Source: a virus
Virus record (IMG/VR): IMGVR_UViG_3300023174_003073
Coordinates: 32,001 to 96,000 of that record
Length of the DNA: 64,000 bases
Direction: 5' to 3' (one strand)
The position numbers were made by a program, and so were the translations under genes. Positions within the stretch are counted from its first letter, which is position 1. Each line of letters begins with the position of its first letter. Below the pieces are notes generated by a model. The model was not told the origin of the DNA. It saw only the letters and a program-made list of their open reading frames with translations, and did not search any database. Shown here piece by piece: positions 19,309 to 29,461 of this stretch.

Positions 19309-19502
19309 ATGTATTCTTTTTTATTTTGCATGATAGAGGTAATACTTTTCTCTACTTCTGGTAAAGTCTGACCTGGAGGATTCATACGGGCACTGTATAT
19401 TGCACGTATTGCATTTTGACAACTATTCATACCAGTGTAATTGCCTAAAAATGCAGGAGTTGAACCTGACATAATGAATACTAAAACATACATGCTGTTC
19501 AT
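19284..19502 (-). CDS. Small protein with hydrophobic N-terminus and Cys pair
   Basis: ORF track. Confidence 0.6.
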   Translation of the reverse strand: MNSMYVLVFIMSGSTPAFLGNYTGMNSCQNAIRAIYSARMNPPGQTLPEVEKSITSIMQNKKEYICIPVLKD

Positions 19503-19503
19503 A

Positions 19504-19704
19504 TCAACCCCTCAGTACATCAAAGATGGAATTTTGCAGAAGGGCGACCTCGTCACGGTCAACGTAAAAGTCGGTACGAGGATCGTAGTACTCACCTTCT
19601 TTAGGATCGTAATACAGAACCTGACCATTGGGGTAGTGAAACGGACCCTCGAGACCCTTGCGAGGACCGTATTCTTTATTATGCTTGAAAACAACGTAAG
19701 ACAT
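19504..19704 (-). CDS. Small hypothetical phage protein
   Basis: GLEGPF...LYYDPKEGEYYDP; promoter unit at 19734-19762. Confidence 0.7.
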   Translation of the reverse strand: MSYVVFKHNKEYGPRKGLEGPFHYPNGQVLYYDPKEGEYYDPRTDFYVDRDEVALLQNSIFDVLRG

Positions 19705-19758
19705 AGAGACTCCTTTTCACTACAGAAGCCTCTATTGTATACCCAAAGTGATTTACTG

Positions 19759-20346
19759 TCAACCGCGCTTTGTAACTATTTCGTCTACAAGACCATAGTC
19801 TAATGCTTGTTGGGCACTCATAAAATTGTCTCGTTCCATGTCAGCTTGTAGTACATCAAAAGTTTTACCTTTAGAATTATGCTTAACATAGATTTCAGTG
19901 AGGTTCTTTTTCATAGATATAATTTCATTGACTTGAATCAGCATATCAGTTGCTTGACCTCTTGCACCACCTGAGGGTTGGTGAATCATATGTCGTGCGT
20001 TTGGCAACATAAAACGTTTACCGGGTGATCCTGCTTGTGCAAGCAAACTGCCCATGCTACATGCTTGACCCATTACGATTGTATGAATATTAGGCTTGAC
20101 AAATTGCATAGCATCATAGATAGCCATACCTGCAGTTACACTACCGCCGGGTGAATTGATATACATTGAGATATCTTTTTCACCCTCTGATTCTAAGAAT
20201 AGTAATTGGGCAACGATAAGATTTGCCATTTGGTCGTGTACTTCACCCTCAAGCAAAATTACACGGTCACGCAATAAGCGACTGTAGATATCATAGCTAC
20301 GTTCACCTTTAGCTGTTTGTTCAATAACGATTGGGACTAAACTCAT
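19759..20346 (-). CDS. clpP: ATP-dependent Clp protease proteolytic subunit
   Basis: [15 protein letters not shown], catalytic Ser (CSMG), His (HQP), Asp (RDNF). Confidence 0.97.
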   Translation of the reverse strand: MSLVPIVIEQTAKGERSYDIYSRLLRDRVILLEGEVHDQMANLIVAQLLFLESEGEKDISMYINSPGGSVTAGMAIYDAMQFVKPNIHTIVMGQACSMGSLLAQAGSPGKRFMLPNARHMIHQPSGGARGQATDMLIQVNEIISMKKNLTEIYVKHNSKGKTFDVLQADMERDNFMSAQQALDYGLVDEIVTKRG

Positions 20347-20403
20347 ATTGTTCCTTAAAAAACTCTATTATACAGAGTTTTAAATACAAGTCAACAACTT
20401 TGG

Positions 20404-21825
20404 TTACGTGTCAGTCACACTGAAACTTAGTTTTTGTGCATTTGGTGAAGCAGAACTTGATTTGCTATACATTTCAACATGCCCATTAACTGTGCCTGGC
20501 CATAATACATCAGCAAACAATTTACCTTGCCGCTCACGTGAAAAGATTTGGACAAAGTTGTAGCCCAAAACTTCTAGTACAGTTTTCCTAAATGCAGGAT
20601 ATACATTTTTTATATTGACTAGATCCATTACAATTTTGTTTAATTGATAATGTACCTTACCAAAATGACTCCCGCTCAATTCACCTCTAACAGCCTTGAT
20701 GTTTGTTAACTTAATAAACTTTCTAGGACAAGGTAATGTTGGATCTTCTAGTGTATCTAGCAGTCTATTGTATTCACCTTCAGTTACGGGGAAAATAGCC
20801 TTAATAAAATCAGGTACTTTATCAGGTACAGTATTAATTAGTAACTGCATTAATCTGAACGGTTGTTGTAACGCACTAGCCGCACGTGCTTCATCAAGTA
20901 ATTTTACAACATTTGCAATATTTTTATTTTTAGTGCTACGAATACTTTCTGGAACAATTAAGTTGTCCATACTAGGAGGTGCACCTTTGTCAGCACCTTT
21001 AGCACTTAGTTTCAAAACGTGACCTGTTGCACTGTTCTGTAATGCTAGACTGTCTGCAAGAGGTGTGTTTGTTGACTTAGGAAAATATAATATTAAATTA
21101 CTCATGGATGCTTGGTCAACATTCATAAATTCAAAAAAGGCATCACTATTGGGGAAGTTAGCAATACCTTGAACTAGTTGTTGAACACCCAAGTATTCTC
21201 CTGCATAGTCACGAATTGCCTTCAGTGCTGGTACAGGAAGATCCTTCTTACTTGGCATAGTTGGAACTTGCCCTGCAGAGATTTGCTTAGACATTCCAAT
21301 AACTGCATGACCTACTAATCCTGCACCCTGAAGAATCTTATCAGACTGAATCATTTGACCTAATACACCTGCTCTAAATGCGCCGGTTGACATAGCAATC
21401 TTCAATGCATTAGGATCATCAGGGTTGAACTTTTTCTCTGTTCCTGAGATAGATAAATTGGATGGTTTGATGGGTAATGCTTCCTTGCCCCCTGGGTTAT
21501 CAACTGCACTCACACCACCAAATTCTTTAGTTTTTTCTAGCATTGCTAGGGTTATTGGGCGGCCATCAGCCGCTATAAAGTTGTTAGGGAACTCACGGTA
21601 ACTATTTGTAGTAATAGTTTTAAGTAAAGCAAGGATATTTCTATCTTTTTTCAAGACTACTTGTCCCCCACCGCCAACTAAGTGAAAGGGTAAACCTGAA
21701 GCATACATTTTTACAAAGTTATCTATGCGACTTTGTTTGGCTGCTTGAGGTCCAAAATCACCTTTCTCTATTTTGCGTTCAGTCAAGATAGTTTTTGATT
21801 CAGTAATAAATTCAGTCGCTCTCAT
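20404..21825 (-). CDS. Putative virion-internal protein
   Basis: N-terminal MRATEFITE; TAAATA late promoter upstream. Confidence 0.6.
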   Translation of the reverse strand: MRATEFITESKTILTERKIEKGDFGPQAAKQSRIDNFVKMYASGLPFHLVGGGGQVVLKKDRNILALLKTITTNSYREFPNNFIAADGRPITLAMLEKTKEFGGVSAVDNPGGKEALPIKPSNLSISGTEKKFNPDDPNALKIAMSTGAFRAGVLGQMIQSDKILQGAGLVGHAVIGMSKQISAGQVPTMPSKKDLPVPALKAIRDYAGEYLGVQQLVQGIANFPNSDAFFEFMNVDQASMSNLILYFPKSTNTPLADSLALQNSATGHVLKLSAKGADKGAPPSMDNLIVPESIRSTKNKNIANVVKLLDEARAASALQQPFRLMQLLINTVPDKVPDFIKAIFPVTEGEYNRLLDTLEDPTLPCPRKFIKLTNIKAVRGELSGSHFGKVHYQLNKIVMDLVNIKNVYPAFRKTVLEVLGYNFVQIFSRERQGKLFADVLWPGTVNGHVEMYSKSSSASPNAQKLSFSVTDT

Positions 21826-21861
21826 TCTACAAATTCCTAAGTAATGTAGTATTTATCTTAA

Positions 21862-22335
21862 TTACGACTTAAATAAATCTTGTTTTTTGAACCATTGTCT
21901 GGTAGAATAGCAGGTTTTGATTGAAATATTATGCTCCCACATCTTCAACTGATATCTATAAAAGCTAGGACCGTGACTCATAACTCTATTCTTACGACCA
22001 TGACTGAATACATCCCATTGATATTGATGTGCCATTTCATGTGCTAACATTGTTACCATCCATTGTGTGCAGTACCATTTATCACTTAATTTGATCCTAC
22101 AGTAGGTTCCATTATAATACGGGTTGTCTTCCCCGTAACACATACCCCAATACTCACGGCAAGTGCCCAACTTAATGTTGGGCCTAATTAAAATATTATC
22201 AAAAACTTGCTCGTTTAGCAAATCATATACATGCTCCACGTCATCTAAGTCTGGTCTAAATAGTAGTCTTTTTTGCGCGGTGACTCCGGGCAAAGGTAAA
22301 TCCATCAATTCTCGCAATGACAAGGACTTGAACAT
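21862..22335 (-). CDS. SprT-like zinc metalloprotease
   Basis: LAHEMAH...SHGPSF. Confidence 0.8.
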   Translation of the reverse strand: MFKSLSLRELMDLPLPGVTAQKRLLFRPDLDDVEHVYDLLNEQVFDNILIRPNIKLGTCREYWGMCYGEDNPYYNGTYCRIKLSDKWYCTQWMVTMLAHEMAHQYQWDVFSHGRKNRVMSHGPSFYRYQLKMWEHNISIKTCYSTRQWFKKQDLFKS

Positions 22336-22401
22336 ATAGTATTTATGAAAAAATATGCTTTGGAACCAGCCATCATAAATATTAGTTCAAGGAGATTTAC
22401 T

Positions 22402-22701
22402 ATGGAAGTTATTATCATTATTGCTATTATCGTAGCAATTGGTTACGCATTATACAGTACATTCGGAAGCAAATCCCCAGCTGTACAACAAGAAGTTGCT
22501 AAGGTTGAGGAAGTTGCTAAAGAAGTAGTTACTGAAGTTAAAGCAGAAGTAGCCGCTGTTAAGGAAGTTGCTAAAAAGACTACAACCCGTGCTAAAAAAG
22601 CATTGGATGTTAATCAAGATGGCAAAGTTAATGCTCAAGATGCAGTTGCTGCCGTTAAAAAAGTAGCCGCTAAAACATCTAAAGCTAAACCAAAAGCGTA
22701 A
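22402..22701 (+). CDS. Membrane-anchored Lys/Ala-rich protein with EF-hand-like loop
   Basis: N-terminal TM; DVNQDGKVNAQD; SD AAGGAG. Confidence 0.7.
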   Translation: MEVIIIIAIIVAIGYALYSTFGSKSPAVQQEVAKVEEVAKEVVTEVKAEVAAVKEVAKKTTTRAKKALDVNQDGKVNAQDAVAAVKKVAAKTSKAKPKA

Positions 22702-22763
22702 TATATACTGCTTTATTGCGAAATAGGGCAACAGCCCTATTTCCATATAATTTATAAGAAAAT

Positions 22764-23471
22764 ATGATTCTTGGTTTTGATGTAATCAGTGATTTAAATT
22801 TATCAGAGAACGACACCTTTATATGGGAAGATAAACCCACAAGTTTATATTGTATTGTTGCAGGTAATATAAGTGATGATTTGGCAATGGTACAGACAGT
22901 ATTAGACATTCTAGGTAATTGCTATCAGGGTGTCTTTTTTATTGACGGTGCGTTAGAACATAGCACTGTTATCATTAGAGAAAAACGAAACAAAGAAATT
23001 GAAGATATTTGCAAACCGTTGAAAAATGTAATCTACCTACATGACAATGTAGTAGTGTTAAATGAAATTGCAATTGTGGGGGTCAACGGATGGCATGGTA
23101 ATTATAGCCCTAAGAATAAAATGGCTGAGATAGAATTGATATGTGCAGGCTATCAGGATGTTTCATATCTATGTAGTACTGTTCATAGACTTCAATTGCA
23201 CTCAGAAGTTAAACATATTGTTGTTGTTTCTAGTTGTGTTCCAACTGAAAAATTATACTATGGTGAACAACCAAATATGCATGAGACAGGTCCGATAACT
23301 GATGCATTAGAATATGATACTGAAAAGAAAATATCTCATTGGGTGTTTGGTACATATGGAAAAATAGTTGATACAGTCATGGACAATATCAACTATCTTA
23401 ATAACCCATGTAACGGGCGTAACCCTTATTACGCTAAACGTATAGAGTTTAAGACTCTTCCTCAATTTTAA
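22764..23471 (+). CDS. Degenerate metallophosphoesterase-like protein
   Basis: SDLN, AGNI, HWVFG; metal ligands substituted. Confidence 0.6.
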   Translation: MILGFDVISDLNLSENDTFIWEDKPTSLYCIVAGNISDDLAMVQTVLDILGNCYQGVFFIDGALEHSTVIIREKRNKEIEDICKPLKNVIYLHDNVVVLNEIAIVGVNGWHGNYSPKNKMAEIELICAGYQDVSYLCSTVHRLQLHSEVKHIVVVSSCVPTEKLYYGEQPNMHETGPITDALEYDTEKKISHWVFGTYGKIVDTVMDNINYLNNPCNGRNPYYAKRIEFKTLPQF

Positions 23472-23754
23472 CTTGTAACGGATAGCCCTCAGTTCTGGCT
23501 TCCATGGTTACTTCAATTCCCTTTTGCTCTGCAATTTCATAGGGCAATACTGCAACAACTGCACTTCCGGATTCATGTATTCCAGTAGTGATATTTAATG
23601 CAGTATCGTTATTGTAGTGAAAATGGTCAACTAAACTACGTATGACAAATTCCATACTAGTGAGTTCATCATTGATATAAATTACTCTAAACAAAGGAGG
23701 TTCTTTAATGTCAACGATAGGTCGTACTTTAATATTTGAATCAGTTTGTGCCAT
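23449..23754 (-). CDS. clpS: Clp protease adaptor ClpS
   Basis: VIYINDELTSMEFV...IHESGSAVV...EIAEQK...YPL. Confidence 0.9.
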   Translation of the reverse strand: MAQTDSNIKVRPIVDIKEPPLFRVIYINDELTSMEFVIRSLVDHFHYNNDTALNITTGIHESGSAVVAVLPYEIAEQKGIEVTMEARTEGYPLQVKIEEES

Positions 23755-23817
23755 TTTTTTTCTTTCAAAATAGTGTGCAGTTTCCTGCACACTTGTATTT
23801 ACAATAATGCTATTATA

Positions 23818-24264
23818 TTATTTATTATAGTTTATTGCAATCTTCTTGGGCTTATGCTCTTCTGGAACAATGCGTTCTAGTTCGATGGTCAAAACCCCGT
23901 TTTCATTTATAGCACTTTTAACTTCAACATGTTCTGCTAAAGTAAATTCACGCACAAAATTGCGGTTACTGATACCACGATGTAGATATTCTTTTGGGTT
24001 ATCTAAGTCATGGATTTTGTTACCGGTAATTGTAAGCACACGACTTTCTAATTCAATAGAAACTTCCCCTTCACTGAATCCAGCAACCGCTACTTCAATA
24101 GCGAAACGGTCCTCTGTTTCCTTTACTATGTTGTATGGTGGATAGTTCGTATTAGATTGTGTTGCATTCATACGCATCAACTCATCTATCATGGTATCAA
24201 ATCCGATTCCAAATCTATGAATGGTTGGTATATCTAACGCTCTTAGTGTTAATTCTCTTGACAT
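23818..24264 (-). CDS. ibpA: Small heat-shock protein (IbpA/Hsp20)
   Basis: YPPYNI, AVAGF, YLHRGI, ENGVLTI, C-terminal IAI. Confidence 0.93.
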   Translation of the reverse strand: MSRELTLRALDIPTIHRFGIGFDTMIDELMRMNATQSNTNYPPYNIVKETEDRFAIEVAVAGFSEGEVSIELESRVLTITGNKIHDLDNPKEYLHRGISNRNFVREFTLAEHVEVKSAINENGVLTIELERIVPEEHKPKKIAINYNK

Positions 24265-24270
24265 TTTATA

Positions 24271-24323
24271 TCTCCTTTAATAAGCAAGAATAATTGTTGG
24301 GCCCGCAACTTGCGGCACCCAAC
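24271..24323 (-). promoter_or_regulatory. ROSE-like RNA thermometer upstream of hsp20
   Basis: UCUU(G)CUU pairs with SD AAGGAGA; preceded by a GC-rich hairpin. Confidence 0.7.
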
Positions 24324-24331
24324 TTTGATAG

Positions 24332-26224
24332 TTAAACAGTCTCTGCTGACTCTTTAACTTCTGCATCAACCACATCTTCAGGTTGTGATTGTTTCTTTTC
24401 AGCTTCCTCAGCATCATGTTTAGCTTTAGTGATTGGACTAATCGCCTCATACAATTTAGGAATGCTTTCTTGGATGACTGTTGGATCATCACCTTTAATT
24501 GCTTCTTCAACTGCTTTGATTGCTTCCTCAGCCTTAGTTTTTTCTTCTAGTGTAACTTTGTCACTATACTTGTCAAAGTCTTGTTTGAATCCATTTAGTG
24601 TAGATTCTGCACCATTACGTGCTTCAATCAATTCACGGGCTTTCTTATCAGACTCAGCATTCAACTCAGCATCTTTAACCATTTGTTGAATCTCGGCTTC
24701 TGATAAACCGCTATTTGACTTAATAGTGATTTTGTTTTCCTTACCAGTGCCTTTGTCTTTAGCACCGATGTGCATAATACCATTAGCATCAATATCAAAT
24801 GTAACTTCAATTTGTGGCACGCCTTTTGGTGCTGGTGGAATTCCATCTAAGTTGAAATCACCTAGCAACTTGTTGTACTGTGCAATCTCACGCTCACCTT
24901 GGTATACTTTGATAGTAACTGCTTGTTGATTGTTTTCTGCTGTACTGAAAGTTTGACTTTGTTTAGTAGGAATAGTTGTATTCTTTTGAATCAACTTACT
25001 CATTACACCACCTAGTGTTTCGATACCAAGACTTAGTGGAGTAACATCAAGCAATAGAACGTCAGTACGTCCACCACCTAAAACATCACCTTGAATTGCG
25101 GCACCAGCAGCCACTGCTTCGTCTGGGTTAACATCCTTGCGAGGTGCTTTACCAAAGAACTTCTCAACAGCCTCTTGTACTTTAGGCATACGTGTCATAC
25201 CGCCAACAAGAATAACCTCGTCAATATCACTGTTACTTACTTTGGCATCTTGCATTGCAACTTTACAAGGTGCAATACTACGTTGAATCAATTCGTCAAC
25301 TAAACTTTCTAACTTAGCACGTGACAATTTGACATTCATATGCTTAGGACCACTAGCGTCTGCTGTTACGTATGGCAAGTTAACATCTGTTTGTGCTGAA
25401 CTTGATAATTCAATCTTAGCTTTTTCTGCGGCTTCTTTCAATCGTTGTAGTGCTAACACATCTTTACTTAAATCAACTCCTGAATCTTTCTTAAATTCAT
25501 CAATTAAGAAATCCATGATGCGTTGGTCAAAGTCTTCACCACCTAAGAATGTATCACCGTTTGTTGACAATACTTCAACTTGTGTGTCACCATCAACGTT
25601 GGCAATCTCAATGATTGATACGTCAAATGTACCACCACCTAAGTCATAGACAGCAACTTTACGGTCACGCTTTTCCTGTTTATCCACACCATACGCTAAT
25701 GCGGCTGCTGTGGGTTCGTTAATGATACGCAACACTTCCAAGCCTGCGATTTTACCTGCATCTTTGGTTGCTTGTCTTTGACTATCATTAAAATAAGCGG
25801 GAACAGTAATAACTGCTTGTGTAACTTCATGACCTAGATAATCTTCCGCAGTCTTTTTCATCTTGCGTAAGACTTCGGCTGAAATCTGTGGGGGTGCTAA
25901 CTTATTATCGTTTACTTGAACCCATGCATCACCGTTGTCATTTTCAACGATGGTATATGGCATCAAGTCTATATCTTTTTGTACAGCCTCTTCTTTGAAT
26001 TTACGGCCAATCAGTCGCTTTGCGGCATAGATTGTATTCTTTGGATTAGTAACTGCTTGACGTTTAGCACTTGCACCTACAAGAATCTCATCATTGGCAT
26101 AGGCAATGATTGAGGGTGTAGTTCTAGCACCTTCGCTGTTTTCAATTACTTTGGGGATTCCGTTTTCAATGACGGCTACACATGAATTTGTGGTACCTAG
26201 GTCGATACCGATTACTTTGCTCAT
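24332..26224 (-). CDS. dnaK: Chaperone DnaK (Hsp70)
   Basis: [46 protein letters not shown]. Confidence 0.98.
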   Translation of the reverse strand: MSKVIGIDLGTTNSCVAVIENGIPKVIENSEGARTTPSIIAYANDEILVGASAKRQAVTNPKNTIYAAKRLIGRKFKEEAVQKDIDLMPYTIVENDNGDAWVQVNDNKLAPPQISAEVLRKMKKTAEDYLGHEVTQAVITVPAYFNDSQRQATKDAGKIAGLEVLRIINEPTAAALAYGVDKQEKRDRKVAVYDLGGGTFDVSIIEIANVDGDTQVEVLSTNGDTFLGGEDFDQRIMDFLIDEFKKDSGVDLSKDVLALQRLKEAAEKAKIELSSSAQTDVNLPYVTADASGPKHMNVKLSRAKLESLVDELIQRSIAPCKVAMQDAKVSNSDIDEVILVGGMTRMPKVQEAVEKFFGKAPRKDVNPDEAVAAGAAIQGDVLGGGRTDVLLLDVTPLSLGIETLGGVMSKLIQKNTTIPTKQSQTFSTAENNQQAVTIKVYQGEREIAQYNKLLGDFNLDGIPPAPKGVPQIEVTFDIDANGIMHIGAKDKGTGKENKITIKSNSGLSEAEIQQMVKDAELNAESDKKARELIEARNGAESTLNGFKQDFDKYSDKVTLEEKTKAEEAIKAVEEAIKGDDPTVIQESIPKLYEAISPITKAKHDAEEAEKKQSQPEDVVDAEVKESAETV

Positions 26225-26229
26225 AATTT

Positions 26230-26282
26230 TCTCCTTTGTTAAAGCAAGATAGATGTTATAGACCCGTTAGGCATCTATAACA
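26230..26282 (-). promoter_or_regulatory. ROSE-like RNA thermometer upstream of dnaK
   Basis: UCUU(G)CUUU-AAC-AAAGGAGA hairpin; upstream 9-bp stem TGTTATAGA/TCTATAACA. Confidence 0.65.
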
Positions 26283-26325
26283 GTATATATTTTACATGAT
26301 TGTGTAATATATACAACTATTTAGG

Positions 26326-26547
26326 TTAATATAGTTTTTTGGGTAATTGTTGGTCTCGTAGATGTTTCTTCCATCTACTTTTTGCTTTGCTCTTAGCAAC
26401 TTTGCGCTGGGCAGTGGGTTTAACGAACTCTTGACGGTCGCGGACTTCTTGCAGTAGACCTTGCTCTGCAATTTTCTTTTTGAATTTACGCAATGCTTTT
26501 TCAACATTGCCATCAGTTACTAGTACCCGTCTTCCGTTTCTTGCCAT
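26326..26547 (-). CDS. rpsU: Ribosomal protein bS21
   Basis: VEKALRKFKKK...EVRDRQEFVKPT. Confidence 0.9.
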   Translation of the reverse strand: MARNGRRVLVTDGNVEKALRKFKKKIAEQGLLQEVRDRQEFVKPTAQRKVAKSKAKSRWKKHLRDQQLPKKLY

Positions 26548-27736
26548 ATATTGGTGTGGGATTTAAAATTTGATCCACATCTATATTTAGCACAGTTACG
26601 TTATTTTCTTTGTATTGCTTGGTATAGAACATATGACACATTAACACACGCTCAATCTCAGTATGCAATCCACGTGCTCCAGTCTGTAGTGTTAGTGTAT
26701 TTTCAGCAATTTGCTCAAGGGCTTCTTTTGTAAAGGATAGATTGATATTATCTAAACTTAGCAAATACTTATATTGACTGATATAATTATTCTTTACATC
26801 GGTCAAGATATTGACTAATTGTTCTTTGGTCAATTCTTGGATACTGACTGTTGTAGTGAAACGACCGATAAATTCAGGAATCATACCAAATTTAGTTAAG
26901 TCATCAGGACTAACCTTTGTCAAGTCACCCTCAATCTTGCTGTCTGTGATAGTAGCATTAAATCCAATGCTGGTACCATTCATACGATTAGCAATGATAT
27001 CCTTTAATCCAACGAATGCACCACCTGCAATGAATAATATATCTTTAGTGTTGATTTCACTCATATCACCGCCGGGGTGTTTACGACCACCTTCTTTGGG
27101 AATACGAACAGTGCTACCTTCTACCATTTTAAGCAATGCTTGTTGCACACCTTCACCTGATACGTCACGTGTGATACTTGCACTTTCACCTTTGCGGGCA
27201 ATCTTGTCAATTTCATCAACAAAGATAATACCGCGCTCTGCAAGTTTTACATCACCACCTGCGGCATGAATCAGCATACTAATCATAGACTCAACATCAT
27301 CACCTACATAACCGGCTTCTGTTAAACTTGTAGCATCAGCAACGATAAAGGGCACTTTGAGATATTTTGCGGCTGTCTTAGCAAGTAACGTTTTACCACT
27401 ACCAGTAGGACCAACAATCAGTACATTACCTTTTTGTATCTCAATATCTTTTGGTGGATTGTTGATTCGTTTATAGTGATTGGCAATAGCTACACTTAGA
27501 ATCATCTTAGCATCTTCTTGACCAACTACGTGCATATCAAGATACTCTTTGATAGCCTCTGGGTCACGATTTGGTTCAATTGGATTTTCAGGTTCTACTT
27601 CATCATTGATTAGATTTTGACATAGTTCCACGCATTCGTTGCATATAGCAACCTTTTCACTAACAACAAGTTTCTTTACGATTTCTTTGCTGTTACCACA
27701 AAAGTGACAATAATTTATTTTAGATTCTTCGGACAT
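26513..27736 (-). CDS. clpX: Clp protease ATPase subunit ClpX
   Basis: Zn finger CHFC...CNEC; GPTGSGKT; RDVSGEGVQQALLK; RKHP; IGF. Confidence 0.97.
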   Translation of the reverse strand: MSEESKINYCHFCGNSKEIVKKLVVSEKVAICNECVELCQNLINDEVEPENPIEPNRDPEAIKEYLDMHVVGQEDAKMILSVAIANHYKRINNPPKDIEIQKGNVLIVGPTGSGKTLLAKTAAKYLKVPFIVADATSLTEAGYVGDDVESMISMLIHAAGGDVKLAERGIIFVDEIDKIARKGESASITRDVSGEGVQQALLKMVEGSTVRIPKEGGRKHPGGDMSEINTKDILFIAGGAFVGLKDIIANRMNGTSIGFNATITDSKIEGDLTKVSPDDLTKFGMIPEFIGRFTTTVSIQELTKEQLVNILTDVKNNYISQYKYLLSLDNINLSFTKEALEQIAENTLTLQTGARGLHTEIERVLMCHMFYTKQYKENNVTVLNIDVDQILNPTPIYGKKRKTGTSN

Positions 27737-27766
27737 GTTATTACTTATCACTTTGTGACATTTTAA

Positions 27767-28756
27767 TTAATTATTTAACTTCACGCATGTTTTGGTTACG
27801 CTTAGTTCAACACTGTCAGCACGTTCTAATGCAGCCTTGATTTTATAATTGATAGGTATCTGAACATTATTATCTAATACTTCGTTACCAAAGATAGTAT
27901 AACTACCTCTATCATTAGCACCTGCAAATGTTGCATCTGGGTTATAACATTCTGCAAAAATAAGGTCACCGTCACCATCTTTGATTTTTGCTTGAATAAA
28001 GAATTCACCACGAAATGCACTTTTCAATTGCTCTGGTTTTAAACTATCATTAAAATAATAAGTATCTGTTCTACCTAAAAACCAATCTTTGGGATTCTTA
28101 CTGACTACATGGATACGTTCAGGTGAACGCTTATCACCATGTTGTATTTTTGACAATGACTCATTCAATGCAACCAAGTACTTATAACTCCAACGCATTT
28201 CGAATGGTACAATCAAAACGGCTCTACGTTTAGTATCTACTACAAATTCATGCTTACCTTGTTTAATGTCAAATGCACGATTTGGGTAATCATTCAATAC
28301 AGCACCTAGAAAAGAATCACCTGATTTTTGTTCTTGCAAATAAGTATCGTATTGAGTTGATAGTCTATCACCTTCAATTTGCTTTTCACTACGACCAGTG
28401 TTTAATACTCGTTCATGTATTTTGCTACTCTTAACAATTACGTCAACAATAACAATTACATCATTTGGATTTTCAATTTTATTGATGATTTGATAACGGT
28501 CAACATAACCTGCACTGTAGTTTATGAGGTCGTCTTTGTTTAGATTGTCTTTGCGTGATTCTCGTTCACTCAATACAGCAGTGCCAACAATCATTGTAAT
28601 TGCATTTCTAAATGCATCATTCTTTGCATTCTCTAATGTTGTACCATTTCCCACTGACCTAACATAGCCGGGGTCTTTAGTATCTAACTTAGTGGTAGGC
28701 TGAGAATGTACTGACTCTGTACAAAACAGAGCCAGTACTATCAATAAGTATTTCAT
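27767..28756 (-). CDS. Exported protein (LPP20-like N-terminal region)
   Basis: Signal peptide; G.G.T...AK..AFR.A pattern. Confidence 0.6.
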   Translation of the reverse strand: MKYLLIVLALFCTESVHSQPTTKLDTKDPGYVRSVGNGTTLENAKNDAFRNAITMIVGTAVLSERESRKDNLNKDDLINYSAGYVDRYQIINKIENPNDVIVIVDVIVKSSKIHERVLNTGRSEKQIEGDRLSTQYDTYLQEQKSGDSFLGAVLNDYPNRAFDIKQGKHEFVVDTKRRAVLIVPFEMRWSYKYLVALNESLSKIQHGDKRSPERIHVVSKNPKDWFLGRTDTYYFNDSLKPEQLKSAFRGEFFIQAKIKDGDGDLIFAECYNPDATFAGANDRGSYTIFGNEVLDNNVQIPINYKIKAALERADSVELSVTKTCVKLNN

Positions 28757-29379
28757 TGCATTTTCTTAACGAATTGATTACGTGAGTTATCACTTTCGAT
28801 ATCCCAGCGAATAGTAACTGCAACTTCTTGCTCACCTACCACACGCTCATCAATTTTAACAAAACCTTTAAGGATAGCACCTGATGAGGTTCTAATAGTT
28901 TCAGTCAATTGAACTACAGTGTCATTCACATTTTCTCGGCTAGAGATAGCCTTTGCCTCTTTGTCAGTCATTTCAACAGCATTGTCATCAGCTTTACCTG
29001 AATTAACTTTGTCAGTTGCCTTTTCTAGGTTCTTTGCAATAGTAGTTTGCACACGATTAGTAGTAACTTCTTTTTGCAAGAATTCTGCTACATTAGCATT
29101 GGCTCGCATTTCAGCACGAACTAATGCATTTTTACGATTAGAAATAGTGTTACCGAATGCAGGTGCAGTACCAGTAGATTCAATAGCAACAACATCGCAA
29201 CTAGTACCAAACGATAACCAAGAACATTTGGTTTCAATCTTAACCTTCTCACTTACAAATGATGTAGAAAGTTTTTGATTGATAATTGGTGTATTAGAAT
29301 TAGTACCATTACCAGTTTTCATACTAGAACATGCGGTCAATGACAAGGCAATGACTAGTGCAGATAATTTAAGTTTCAT
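28753..29379 (-). CDS. Lipoprotein
   Basis: Lipobox LTAC. Confidence 0.75.
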   Translation of the reverse strand: MKLKLSALVIALSLTACSSMKTGNGTNSNTPIINQKLSTSFVSEKVKIETKCSWLSFGTSCDVVAIESTGTAPAFGNTISNRKNALVRAEMRANANVAEFLQKEVTTNRVQTTIAKNLEKATDKVNSGKADDNAVEMTDKEAKAISSRENVNDTVVQLTETIRTSSGAILKGFVKIDERVVGEQEVAVTIRWDIESDNSRNQFVKKMQ

Positions 29380-29461
29380 AAAGACCTCTGTGTGTAGTTA
29401 AACAATGAATATAGTTTAACAGTAAATGGATTTACTGTCAACGATTTTTAATGATTTTGGG

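Noticed and set aside
19759-27751. Bacterial chromosomal segment
   Set aside because: Host-like genes are interspersed with phage genes and phage-type promoters, and lack bacterial operon context (no tig/lon, dnaJ/grpE or dnaG)
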